A stretch of DNA of 64,000 bases from Thermodesulfobacteriota bacterium. Its GTDB lineage: Bacteria > Desulfobacterota_D > UBA1144 > Nemesobacterales > UBA2774. Both the position numbers and the translations under genes were made by a program. Below the pieces are notes generated by a model. It was not told the origin of the DNA. It was given only the letters and a program-made list of their open reading frames with translations, and did not search any database. Location: positions 1,792,001 to 1,856,000 of the forward strand of contig OZ244991.1 of assembly GCA_965223335.1 (NCBI GenBank). The letters are read 5' to 3'. Below, piece after piece: positions 38,164 to 47,842 of the stretch; the stretch's first letter is position 1; the number at the start of each line of letters is the position of its first letter.

Positions 38164-39144
38164 TCAACACAGGTCCATTATCATTTTGGATAGGGTAAGG
38201 TTGGCGGGCAGCCCTGTGGATTTGATCCTGCTGTCGCATCTCTTGAAAATACTTATATACCGACCCAAATCACCAAGTCCAAGGAGCTTAGACTCTTTGC
38301 TCACATAGTAGTACATCCCCGAGCTTATCTTTAGCTCCTTTAGGATCTCATTTTTAGGTGTTTTCTTTGATTCAAGCTCTTTTACTTTCCAAAGCAGCCT
38401 AAAACGCCATGCGATTCTAGAGAGAATAGAGAGCTCATCCTCCCCGCTCGATTCCAGGTCGAGCAGTGCATAGTAGGCGCTTTTTTTGTCCGAGCTTGAG
38501 AGGGCTTTTATCAACTGAAACACGTCTTGTTGCTGGTTGCGGTCGATAAAGTCGTGGATGTCTTGGGCCGTTATGGTTTTTTTGCGGTTACTGTAAAGGG
38601 CAATCTTATTGAGCTCTTTGTTTATGTCATGGAGATTCTCCCCCAGGTAGTCGAGTATAGTCCCTGCCGCATCAGGGGTGATCTGGACCCCTATTTTTTT
38701 TGCCAGTGAGACAATTGAAGCTTCGGTGATTTTGATGCTGAGCGAGAAATCCACTGCAACCAGTGTTTTCGTATTTTTTAATTTTAGCTTCTTTATACTC
38801 TCTGCGATTAGCACAACGCAGGTGAATTCAGAAGGTGCCGACAAGTAGCCTTCCATGGCTTTTCGGTCTGTGTCTGAATACTTATGAAATCCGTTGACAA
38901 CAATCAGTTTTTGCTCGGCCAGCATAGGAACTGTGTTTGCCACGGCGATTACATCTCGGATAGAGTCTGATTTGCCCTCAAAAACATGCAGGTTGAGGTC
39001 GCTCGGCTTACCCAGCAGATGCAGTTTCAGCGCCCCTAGTGCCTTTTCCACCAGATAGTGCTGGTCGCCAGTAAAAAGATAGTTGGTAGACGGTGGATCT
39101 GAGGAGTATGATTTTTCGAAATCTCGGTATGAGATGGTTTTCAT
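38164..39144 (-). CDS. holA: DNA polymerase III delta subunit (start 39144 or 39162)
   Basis: YLFTGD.YL, ANTVPML, ELNKIALY; adjacent to rpsT. Confidence 0.85.
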   Translation of the reverse strand: MKTISYRDFEKSYSSDPPSTNYLFTGDQHYLVEKALGALKLHLLGKPSDLNLHVFEGKSDSIRDVIAVANTVPMLAEQKLIVVNGFHKYSDTDRKAMEGYLSAPSEFTCVVLIAESIKKLKLKNTKTLVAVDFSLSIKITEASIVSLAKKIGVQITPDAAGTILDYLGENLHDINKELNKIALYSNRKKTITAQDIHDFIDRNQQQDVFQLIKALSSSDKKSAYYALLDLESSGEDELSILSRIAWRFRLLWKVKELESKKTPKNEILKELKISSGMYYYVSKESKLLGLGDLGRYISIFKRCDSRIKSTGLPANLTLSKMIMDLC

Positions 39145-39232
39145 AAAATGCTTCGGTCCCAAGTCCTTATATTAATTAATCGTAGAGCGTTATGAAAGCA
39201 TCAAATGAATAATTTGTTCTGCCTAGGTTATT

Positions 39233-39652
39233 TTACCTGCTACAGATCTCGAGGCTGTTAAAGAAGTAGTTGATCTCGTATGTGGCTGATTCCGGCGAGT
39301 CAGAACCGTGTACGATATTGTGCTCAATGTCGGATGCAAAATCTTTTCTTATTGTGCCTGCATCGGCGTTTGCGGGGTCTGTGGCGCCCATTATTTCTCT
39401 CACACGGGCTATTGCATTATCGCCCTCGAGTACCATTACAACACATGGCCCTGAGGACATAAAATCGGTGAGGCTTGAAAAAAACGGTCTCTCACGATGC
39501 ACCGCATAGAAGCCCTCGGCCTCGGTTTTGCTCATATGAATCATTTTGAGTGCCGCTACCCTGATATCGTTGCTTTCAAACCTTCTAATTACTTCTCCAA
39601 TAACGTTTTTTTCGACTCCGTCCGGTTTTACAATTGATAATGTGAGTTCCAC
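39233..39652 (-). CDS. ndk: Nucleoside diphosphate kinase
   Basis: [15 protein letters not shown]. Confidence 0.97.
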   Translation of the reverse strand: MELTLSIVKPDGVEKNVIGEVIRRFESNDIRVAALKMIHMSKTEAEGFYAVHRERPFFSSLTDFMSSGPCVVMVLEGDNAIARVREIMGATDPANADAGTIRKDFASDIEHNIVHGSDSPESATYEINYFFNSLEICSR

Positions 39653-39708
39653 TTATAAGGCCTCCGTGCAATTATTTGCAGAGTATTGTTCTCTTATTTC
39701 TCGTTTTG

Positions 39709-41130
39709 TCAAATCCCCCTTGCGTCGTCATCACTTAGACGATCGTCGGGTTCCATAGCCTTTAAATAGCCTACGAGAAAAGCGACGTAGAGAGCATTGG
39801 ATGGTATATGCAAGTTAAAATCGGCGAGGCTGTGGATCAAGATTGAGATTATACTGGCCAGTGCCCCCACACCGGTCGCAAACCTGAAATTATCGCCGAC
39901 CGCGTAATAATGGGTGATGTTCGCATAAACCGAGCGCAGGAACAGTGAGAGTGCGCCGATTATTAACGTAAACCCTATTATCCCTGTCTCAACCAATAGC
40001 TGTAGGTAGTCGTTATGAGCGTATACGAACTCGATAGCATTCTCGATGGACCTGTTATATAGGAGGTAAATGTTGCTGAATGTACCAAGTCCGGTACCGA
40101 ACAATGGGTAGTCGGCTACAGCGCTCAACATATCCTTCCAAACGAGTATTCTTGTGGGTGTGTGCTCCGTTAATATTAAGAACCTCTTTAGCAATGGGTG
40201 AAGGCCGATTGCAGTTCCGTACAGTACTGCGATCCCTACTATAAAAAGCAAAAACCAGTAGCGTTTTTTCCTGCTTGTTGATATTGAGGTATAGGTAAGT
40301 GCAAAGAATACCAATCCCATAGTTACGCTGATAAGTCCCATCCTCGATAGCGACATCAAGAGTGCGAGCAGCATCAGGCTTACCAAGAACAGGTATAGGA
40401 TCTGCCTTGAGAACCTGTCGGTGGAGATCATGGTTCTAAACAATGATTTTTCCCGTGTAATGTCAAAGGTTGATAGGGCGAATCCCAATGCCAGGGGGAT
40501 GCTCATTTCCAGAAATCCCGCATAGTGGTTACGGTTGACGAATGTACCGGTAGCCAGGCCCTCCCGGATAATGTTACTTGGGGAAACAGCGCTAACGTAC
40601 TGAAAAATCCCGTAGGCAGACTCAAACAGAGCTACTGCAAACACGGGGATAAGTAGAAGACGGAGGCGGTGTCGGGTTCTAAATACCTTAGAGATCACAT
40701 ACCCGAACACAAAGTAGGCTAGCAGTGTAACGGTCTCGTTCCATGTGGTTTGCGGGTACACACTTATTGTGTAAAGGCTTTGTGAGACCGGGTGGCCAAT
40801 CTGTGACAGGGCTTCTTGACTGGATTGCCACAACTCAAGACTCTGGCCCGATATTATTTTTAGAATAAAAGCGGGTAATGGGATTATCTGGAGTACACAG
40901 ATACCCAGGAAACTCAAAAGTAAGATCTGCACCTTACTTAAACCGGTTTGTTTATTATTACCAGACTCATTTTGGCTAGATATCCCAATCGCATACACAG
41001 CAAGCAGCAGAAATGCCTGAACCTGTAGTAGAATCTTTGCCCAGGGCTCTATACTACCGTAGGGAATAGGGGAGAAGATCAGTAGGGAAAACACAATAAG
41101 ATAGATAATTCTTTCGGATAGAGTGTTCAT
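39709..41130 (-). CDS. O-antigen ligase family (Wzy_C) membrane protein, paralog of 8155-9561
   Basis: GTFVNRNHY, SRMG, YPLFGTGLG, YAHNDYLQ, FNLHIPSN. Confidence 0.88.
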   Translation of the reverse strand: MNTLSERIIYLIVFSLLIFSPIPYGSIEPWAKILLQVQAFLLLAVYAIGISSQNESGNNKQTGLSKVQILLLSFLGICVLQIIPLPAFILKIISGQSLELWQSSQEALSQIGHPVSQSLYTISVYPQTTWNETVTLLAYFVFGYVISKVFRTRHRLRLLLIPVFAVALFESAYGIFQYVSAVSPSNIIREGLATGTFVNRNHYAGFLEMSIPLALGFALSTFDITREKSLFRTMISTDRFSRQILYLFLVSLMLLALLMSLSRMGLISVTMGLVFFALTYTSISTSRKKRYWFLLFIVGIAVLYGTAIGLHPLLKRFLILTEHTPTRILVWKDMLSAVADYPLFGTGLGTFSNIYLLYNRSIENAIEFVYAHNDYLQLLVETGIIGFTLIIGALSLFLRSVYANITHYYAVGDNFRFATGVGALASIISILIHSLADFNLHIPSNALYVAFLVGYLKAMEPDDRLSDDDARGI

Positions 41131-41276
41131 ATAAAGCGATGATTAATTCGCCGATTTATGAGTCGATAACGCCCTATCTACTGTGTAGATAAAGGCTGTA
41201 AAATTCAATGATAACCGGTCAGCAAAAGCTAAACAATAAGTACAAAATCGAAGTATATTGACCATTTTAGTAATAC

Positions 41277-41305
41277 TTGACAATAAAAGTTATAAGGCTG
41301 ATAAT
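41277..41305 (+). promoter_or_regulatory. Sigma70-like promoter of the right export operon
   Basis: TTGACA-N17-GATAAT. Confidence 0.6.
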
Positions 41306-41453
41306 TATTTAGACAGTTAGACAAATGAGAGACGGTCTATCTCGCTGTATTTATTAACTTATTTGATACACGTGTTTTATTGTGCATTTGCATGTTAATT
41401 GTTTTTTATTACTGTAGTGAGAAAACTAACTATATGAGAATGTGGGAGATGGT

Positions 41454-43154
41454 ATGAGTCTGCGCAAAAGCCATATTTGCCTTTTTCTAATCCTTGCGGT
41501 TTTTTCTTTTGATACCGCTATTGCAAACCCTGTATTGGGCAAGGTCTCGATACAGTCGTCAAAAAACGGGAAGTTTGAGGTAAAGCCACTTATTTCGGGC
41601 AGTAAATTATCACTTGATGGAAGAGCAATAATCAAACTTTCATCAGGCACTTTGATTCTAGACAAAGACTCGGTAATTCAAGCAAATGGCACCGATGATA
41701 ATGTATCGATTGATCTCGTGCAGGGTGTGATGGCATTTCGTGTGTATCCCGATAGAGCACGCCTTTCGATCAATACTGACCATGGAATAATCAAGACCAA
41801 AGAAATAATTAGAACTACTACCGCTATTGCCGAGGGCAAAGTAGACAGCACTGCCGGGTCTAAAACAGTCGTTACACTTTTTCAGGGTGAGGTGGAATTA
41901 GTAAATCAAAACGGTAAGCTCGATTTAAATCCCGGCGAGATGGTTACACTCACAGACGAAAACAGTAAGATGTCTCAAAATGGAAATAATCAATACGCAA
42001 GTGCCGAATCTACGAGCGGTTCCCAAACACAGTCGACCGGCATTAATGGACTTCCCGAGGGATTGATGGACTTGATGTCGCTAATCGGCAGTTTTGGTCT
42101 TACTCGTACCGAGCTTGTGCCCGACGGTGTTGTTGCGGTAACCAATAAGGCAGAAAATATGAACTCAAAGGTAGTTGATTATGCACTACAACCAATGCCG
42201 GCAGGGCTTGCGGAGGGCCGCTCAGTAAAGGTTGTGTGCGTAAAGCCCAAGGGAGAAGACGAAAAAGAGATCTTGGTAAGGGCTGTGGATTCGTATTATC
42301 CCGAGAATACACTTGAGATAGATATGATAGGTGCCGAGGTAGTGGCCGAGGAAAGTATCTCTCCATTTGGTTTTTCAAAACTTACCGATAGTACAACTGG
42401 ACGGAGCATAAAAAATTGGAACACAGTGGTAGTTGACGAGGATATGAACCCTACGTCGAGTGACGATATAGCTCGGGGCACGGAATTAAACGTTATCTGC
42501 ATAAGGTCAACGCTTATATTACAGCCGGTTGATGTTGCAGCTACGGAGGATTTAGCTCTGGTAGGCAAGAGTGTGATGACTACAACCGGTCTAAGCCCAG
42601 GCGGCACAGTAACTGTAAACGGGCTTAGCAAACAAGCCCTTTATGTGGATCTCAATCTAAACCCTGTAGACAATGTAAACATGCCCGAGGGCTCAACGCT
42701 TGAGGTCGTGGCAGTTAAACGCGACGGTTCAGGTGAGCCGGTTCTGTTGGTTCAAAAAGAGCAAGACGTATTGAAAGAGGTTGGTTATGCGAAGGGCAAT
42801 AGAGTTAGCTCTATTGCAGAGTTCAACGACCAAGGGATTTTCCGCCTTAACGGATCTAAGTGGTGGGGTAGGGTTGTGGACGCCGAGTTTAACCCTATTG
42901 CGGGGACATACTCGGCTAATACCGAGTTTGTTGTGGTCGGTGTAGATACTACCTTGTTGGTAAACACCCCCAAAGCACTTTTAGCGTTTTGGGAGGCCGG
43001 GGCCCCTGTGGTAACTGGCACGACCCAGACAATCGCTGCGGTATCTGCAATTGGTGCGATATCTGTATTTACCCCGGTTGCAGGTGCGGGCGCTGCTACG
43101 ATTCTTATTGAGGGCCCGGCTTCGGACCCGCCTGCTTCAAACGTAGCTCCATAA
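41454..43154 (+). CDS. Secreted FecR-like domain protein with four NfeD-like OB-fold repeats and hydrophobic C-terminal tail (start 41454 or 41442)
   Basis: Signal peptide; FecR-like LVQG..., TVVTLFQGEVEL...LNPGEMV; four ~70 aa repeats; tail ...VAGAGAATILIEGPASDPPASNVAP. Confidence 0.72.
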   Translation: MSLRKSHICLFLILAVFSFDTAIANPVLGKVSIQSSKNGKFEVKPLISGSKLSLDGRAIIKLSSGTLILDKDSVIQANGTDDNVSIDLVQGVMAFRVYPDRARLSINTDHGIIKTKEIIRTTTAIAEGKVDSTAGSKTVVTLFQGEVELVNQNGKLDLNPGEMVTLTDENSKMSQNGNNQYASAESTSGSQTQSTGINGLPEGLMDLMSLIGSFGLTRTELVPDGVVAVTNKAENMNSKVVDYALQPMPAGLAEGRSVKVVCVKPKGEDEKEILVRAVDSYYPENTLEIDMIGAEVVAEESISPFGFSKLTDSTTGRSIKNWNTVVVDEDMNPTSSDDIARGTELNVICIRSTLILQPVDVAATEDLALVGKSVMTTTGLSPGGTVTVNGLSKQALYVDLNLNPVDNVNMPEGSTLEVVAVKRDGSGEPVLLVQKEQDVLKEVGYAKGNRVSSIAEFNDQGIFRLNGSKWWGRVVDAEFNPIAGTYSANTEFVVVGVDTTLLVNTPKALLAFWEAGAPVVTGTTQTIAAVSAIGAISVFTPVAGAGAATILIEGPASDPPASNVAP

Positions 43155-43205
43155 TTTATAAATGTTATTGAGGAAATATTCTAAGTTTCTATGCTGGGGA
43201 ATTAA

Positions 43206-44246
43206 GTGGACATAATTAGTCAAACAAAATTAAGATACCTTGGATTAATTCAGTCGTTTCTACTTGCTATCATACTTGTCAGTTGTGCGTCGAGCGGGGG
43301 TAATGTCGAGGATCTCTCAGCAGAGAACTCTCAGTCGAGGATCGAGTCTTCTCAAGAGGTAAGCGAACTAAACTCTAAGATATTCAAGGAAGGAGCGGCA
43401 CCTCCTATATCCCCAGGGGACTATATAATAGGGCCTTCTGACCTGCTGGATATAAAGGTGTTTGAGTCCGACAAGCTTTCTAGCACCGTAAGGGTGAGTT
43501 CCAGAGGGTTTGTGACATTACCGCTTGTAGGCAATGTGGAGGTAAGTGGGCTAAGCACTAGAGAGAGCGAACAAAAGATAGAGCAATTATTAAAAGCAGA
43601 GGGCTATATTAGAGACCCCCACGTTAGCGTTTTTATACAGGAACATAAGAGCAAGGTGATCTCTGTGATGGGCAACGTCAAAGAACCGGGCAACTATGAG
43701 TTGCTGGGTGCGCAGACCCTGCTGGACGCCCTTGCGAATGCTAAGGGACTCACCGATAGTGCGGGCAATACTATATACATAACTCGGGTGGGTAACCAGG
43801 GCGAGAGAAAATCAATTATGGTAGACATTGACGAGATACTCAGAAGGGGTGCTGACCCCGAGTACAATGTATATGTGAGGCCCGGGGATGTCATTTTTGT
43901 GCCCGAGTCGGGCAATATATTTGTTGAAGGTGCTGTGCTTAAGCCGGGATCATATCCTATTAAAGGAGACGCCACGGTTAGTCAGGTCATATCTCAGGCA
44001 GGGGGTGTAGCGAGCTTTGCGGACAAAGGTGACGTCACGCTTATTCGCTATGAGGGTAACGGCGAGAGGAATATAGTTGAGCTCAATTTAGCAGAGATCA
44101 GAGAGGGTGCGCAGGAGGACCCGATGGTGCAGGATCGCGATGCAATCATAGTCGGGAGCAGTGGTCTTAAGAGGTTGCTCTATGGTTTTAGAATAAGCCT
44201 TGGCTATGGATTGGTGGGCGTAGGTTACGATCCGCCTGATAAGTAG
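43206..44246 (+). CDS. wza: Polysaccharide export lipoprotein (OPX)
   Basis: Lipobox LVSC, YIIGPSDLLDI, two SLBB domains. Confidence 0.9.
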   Translation: MDIISQTKLRYLGLIQSFLLAIILVSCASSGGNVEDLSAENSQSRIESSQEVSELNSKIFKEGAAPPISPGDYIIGPSDLLDIKVFESDKLSSTVRVSSRGFVTLPLVGNVEVSGLSTRESEQKIEQLLKAEGYIRDPHVSVFIQEHKSKVISVMGNVKEPGNYELLGAQTLLDALANAKGLTDSAGNTIYITRVGNQGERKSIMVDIDEILRRGADPEYNVYVRPGDVIFVPESGNIFVEGAVLKPGSYPIKGDATVSQVISQAGGVASFADKGDVTLIRYEGNGERNIVELNLAEIREGAQEDPMVQDRDAIIVGSSGLKRLLYGFRISLGYGLVGVGYDPPDK

Positions 44247-44283
44247 AATACGAAAACGGATGATTTCGATAGGGTGAAGTGGA

Positions 44284-46644
44284 ATGCTGGGAGATTTAAG
44301 AAAAAATAAAAACACGAAGATCGCTAAATATAAAAAGAAAGATCTAACCACTCAAGATGAGAGCTTGCTGCCTGCGGAGTATGAAACCAAGCAGGTTGAC
44401 ATAAACATTGAGGAACCCTCCTCCACAATACAAGACTACATCGATATACTGATTAGAAGAAAATGGATCATTATCTCGTGTCTGGTGATCTCCTTGGTCA
44501 CTGTAGCCATCTCTACACTTATGATGCCCAAGATCTATAAGGCATACGGAACCATAGAGATATCTCCTATTGCGCCGCAAATAACATCATTCGAAAAAGA
44601 GTATGAACTGGCGCAATACAACTATAATTGGGAGGATCTACGCAAGTTCTATGAAACTCAATACAAAATAATTAAGAGTCAGTCACTCGCAAAAGTAGTC
44701 GTAGGAGAGCTAAAGAACAAAAATGCCTATACCAACGCCACAAACTCCGATGATGACCAGAGCCAAGGACTATTCTCTCTGATTACCGGGATTTTTGGGG
44801 ATACAAAGAATTCAGACGACAATAGCTCTAAAGAAGCTTCTCAGAAAAAATCGCTTAAACAAACAAAAGAAGAACGCAAGAGTGCTGAACTGCGTGCCGC
44901 AAGAGCATTCCTTGGGGGTATAGGGGTTAAACCCGACAGAAAGTCGCGTCTCGTAGAGATAAGCTATGAGAGCGCCGATCCTGAGTTCTCATCCCTAGCC
45001 GTGAACACCTTGATTGACAAATACATAGAATGGATATTGGTGAGAAGGCACGAATCTTCCAAAGTAGCCAAAGAATTTCTAAAAAAACAGTTAGATCAAT
45101 CCAAGGGTCGACTCGAGAGATCGGAAGAGGAGTTGAGCAAGTTTGCAAAAGGTGTTGATGTAGTGTCGTTGGATAAGGACCTCAACCTTGTCTACATCCA
45201 GTTGGAACAACTAAACAAAGCACTGGCCGAGACCGAGACAGAACGGCTTACAAAAGAGGCCATCCACAATGATTTAAATACCGGAAACTATCAATTCCTC
45301 CCACAGATAGTAAACGACGAATCGATCCAGCACCTAAACGAGACTCTGACCGAGTTAAAGGGCGAGTATGAGAACAAATCGGTTGTCTACGGCCCCAACT
45401 ATCCCGAGATTAAACAGTTAGGGGCACAGATAGCGCGCATCCAGTCAGAGATTGACCAACGCATTAACCACCTGGCAGAGAGCATTAAGCGTGATTATCA
45501 GGCAGCGCTTACCAAAGAGAATGTGCTTAGAGAAAGAACCAAAGAGCAGAATAAACGCGCTTCAATCCTAAACGATAAAGCCATACAGTACAAAATCCTA
45601 GAGCGCGAGGTCGATAGCAATAAAGCAATTTACGATACATTGCTCACAAGGCTAAAAGAGACAGAGATTACCTCGGGCATAGACACTACCAACGTTCAGG
45701 TCGTTGACTATGCCGCTACACCGAAATTTCCCTTTAAACCCAGTCTGCCACACAATTTGCTCTACGCCTTAATATTCGGATTGATGGTCGGAGGGGTTCT
45801 GGCAATAGCACTTGAGCAGCTCGACAGCACTATAAAGGATGAAGAAGAGGTCAAGCGCAGATACGCGCTGCCCGTGATGGGCTCGGTACCCTTAGTGTCA
45901 GGCGATAAAGAGGTTACAGAGAATATCGAGCAGGTAGTCTACACAGCCCCTAAATCCATTATATCCGAGTCATTTAGGGTCATTCGCACCTCTATCCTAT
46001 ACTCATCCCCTGAGCACGCTCCCGAAGCCATACTGATAACCAGCACACAGCCCCTCGAGGGTAAAACCACCTCGGCTTCAAACCTCTCACTATCCCTTAT
46101 ACAGTCGGGGCTCCGAGTGGTGTTGGTTGATGCCGATTTGCGCAAGCCGCGGATAGAGAAAATATTTCTAAAGGAGCCAAACGGGGTTGGGCTCAGTACA
46201 TACCTTGTGGGTAAGGCCGAGGTGAGCAGCCTGCTGCATAAAACGGAGTTTGAGAACCTGGATATTATCCCCTCGGGGCCTATTCCACCTAACCCTGCCG
46301 AGTTAATAGGCTCTTTAAAGATGAGGGAGCTGATCGTAAACCTTACGGAGCAATACGACCACGTCATACTCGACGGCGCACCCATATCCAACTTTGCCGA
46401 CTCGAGGCTTCTCTCGAGATATGTGGACGGGGTACTCATCGTAACGAGCGTAGGTATTACACAGCGCGAGTCCCTAAAAACAGGGATGGAGGAGATTACC
46501 AAAGTCGGTGGCAATATAATCGGCACTATTGTGAACAGAGTGGACTCTCATCGCAATAAGTTAAAGAATAGTTATTATTACTACTACAGTGATGAAGGTG
46601 AGAAGCATAAAAAGAGGCCGTCTTTACCTTCTAATAATTCTTAG
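44284..46644 (+). CDS. wzc: Polysaccharide co-polymerase / BY tyrosine kinase
   Basis: ESFRVIRT, STQPLEGKTT, DADLRKP, Tyr cluster SYYYYYS. Confidence 0.93.
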   Translation: MLGDLRKNKNTKIAKYKKKDLTTQDESLLPAEYETKQVDINIEEPSSTIQDYIDILIRRKWIIISCLVISLVTVAISTLMMPKIYKAYGTIEISPIAPQITSFEKEYELAQYNYNWEDLRKFYETQYKIIKSQSLAKVVVGELKNKNAYTNATNSDDDQSQGLFSLITGIFGDTKNSDDNSSKEASQKKSLKQTKEERKSAELRAARAFLGGIGVKPDRKSRLVEISYESADPEFSSLAVNTLIDKYIEWILVRRHESSKVAKEFLKKQLDQSKGRLERSEEELSKFAKGVDVVSLDKDLNLVYIQLEQLNKALAETETERLTKEAIHNDLNTGNYQFLPQIVNDESIQHLNETLTELKGEYENKSVVYGPNYPEIKQLGAQIARIQSEIDQRINHLAESIKRDYQAALTKENVLRERTKEQNKRASILNDKAIQYKILEREVDSNKAIYDTLLTRLKETEITSGIDTTNVQVVDYAATPKFPFKPSLPHNLLYALIFGLMVGGVLAIALEQLDSTIKDEEEVKRRYALPVMGSVPLVSGDKEVTENIEQVVYTAPKSIISESFRVIRTSILYSSPEHAPEAILITSTQPLEGKTTSASNLSLSLIQSGLRVVLVDADLRKPRIEKIFLKEPNGVGLSTYLVGKAEVSSLLHKTEFENLDIIPSGPIPPNPAELIGSLKMRELIVNLTEQYDHVILDGAPISNFADSRLLSRYVDGVLIVTSVGITQRESLKTGMEEITKVGGNIIGTIVNRVDSHRNKLKNSYYYYYSDEGEKHKKRPSLPSNNS

Positions 46645-47842
46645 TTTCTTTCTCATTGAAGAGACTGTGCGTCTTCAAATAGCCCCCGCTGCAATTGACC
46701 GCGGGGACCTTAAGTTCCTGGAACGAGCACTCAGTATAAATCCCGCGAGTGCAGAATTAAACTATCGAGTCGGCTGGGTGTATAGAAACCTGTTGCTAGG
46801 TGACGATAAAACTATTGAGCGGTACTTTGTTACTGCGTTAGAGAAGAGTCCTCTGCTGCCTTCTTCGTGGCTTGAGCTGTCCGAGTTATATCTCGATGCA
46901 GGAGAGAACAAAAAATCGTTAACTGCGCTTAAGATTGCCAGGGTACTAGCCCCAATGTCCCCTGCGAGGTTATGGCAGGGAGCGATAGTAGCAGTCAGGC
47001 TTAACGAAAACGATATGGCTCTGGATAACCTCAGGTTTGTGGCCAGCGCCGATGTCTCGAAACGAAACGCTGTATATGACCTTGCATGGGAGGTATTTGG
47101 TGACCCCGACACCATATTGGACCGTGTGGTAAGTAACCAGGACCTTGGCTATTATCTCGCCTATTTGGTCGGTTATAACAAGGCCGAGTATGCCCCGGGT
47201 GTATGGGAGAAAGTAAAAGAAACGGATAACGGTGAGTTGATATCGGACCAGTTGTATATTCAATATATCAACAGCCTCATACATAGAGGCATGATCACAG
47301 AATCGCAAAGGGCGTGGAACGATCGCATGGGAGAGCTCAAGGGCCACAACCTTGTATGGAACGGAGGGTTTGAGGACGAGCCGCTTCAAGGTGCATTCGG
47401 ATGGAGGCTTCATGAGTCCAAGGGGTTTCAATTCGAGTATGACTGGAAGAACAAGGTAGCTGGCGACAATGCATTGGTCGTGGAATTTGACGGTAGTGAG
47501 AACCTGGACTTTATGCACCTCGAGCAGATTGTACCGGTTCGGGTGAATACGGAATATGTATTCAGGGCTCAACTATCCTCCGAGGAATTAAGCACCGATA
47601 ATGGTATAATATGGGAGATTTATTGCCGTGCTAACTACAAAATGTTAGCGGTGACCGATCAGATTAAGGGGACAGTGGACTGGACAAGGGTTGGGGCCAC
47701 TTTTACCACACCTGGGGATTGCGACTCTGTGGTTCTGAGATTAAGGCGTCACAAGAGCAATAAGTTTGATAAATATATTGCAGGCAAATTGTGGGTGGAT
47801 GATATAAACTTGAAAACAAAAGAAAACACTTCCTATGATTAA
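46589..47842 (+). CDS. Membrane-anchored TPR protein with C-terminal carbohydrate-binding domain, paralog of 9563-10798
   Basis: N-terminal TM, TPR-like segments, LVWNGGFE..FGW, LWVDDINL. Confidence 0.75.
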   Translation: MMKVRSIKRGRLYLLIILSFFLIEETVRLQIAPAAIDRGDLKFLERALSINPASAELNYRVGWVYRNLLLGDDKTIERYFVTALEKSPLLPSSWLELSELYLDAGENKKSLTALKIARVLAPMSPARLWQGAIVAVRLNENDMALDNLRFVASADVSKRNAVYDLAWEVFGDPDTILDRVVSNQDLGYYLAYLVGYNKAEYAPGVWEKVKETDNGELISDQLYIQYINSLIHRGMITESQRAWNDRMGELKGHNLVWNGGFEDEPLQGAFGWRLHESKGFQFEYDWKNKVAGDNALVVEFDGSENLDFMHLEQIVPVRVNTEYVFRAQLSSEELSTDNGIIWEIYCRANYKMLAVTDQIKGTVDWTRVGATFTTPGDCDSVVLRLRRHKSNKFDKYIAGKLWVDDINLKTKENTSYD

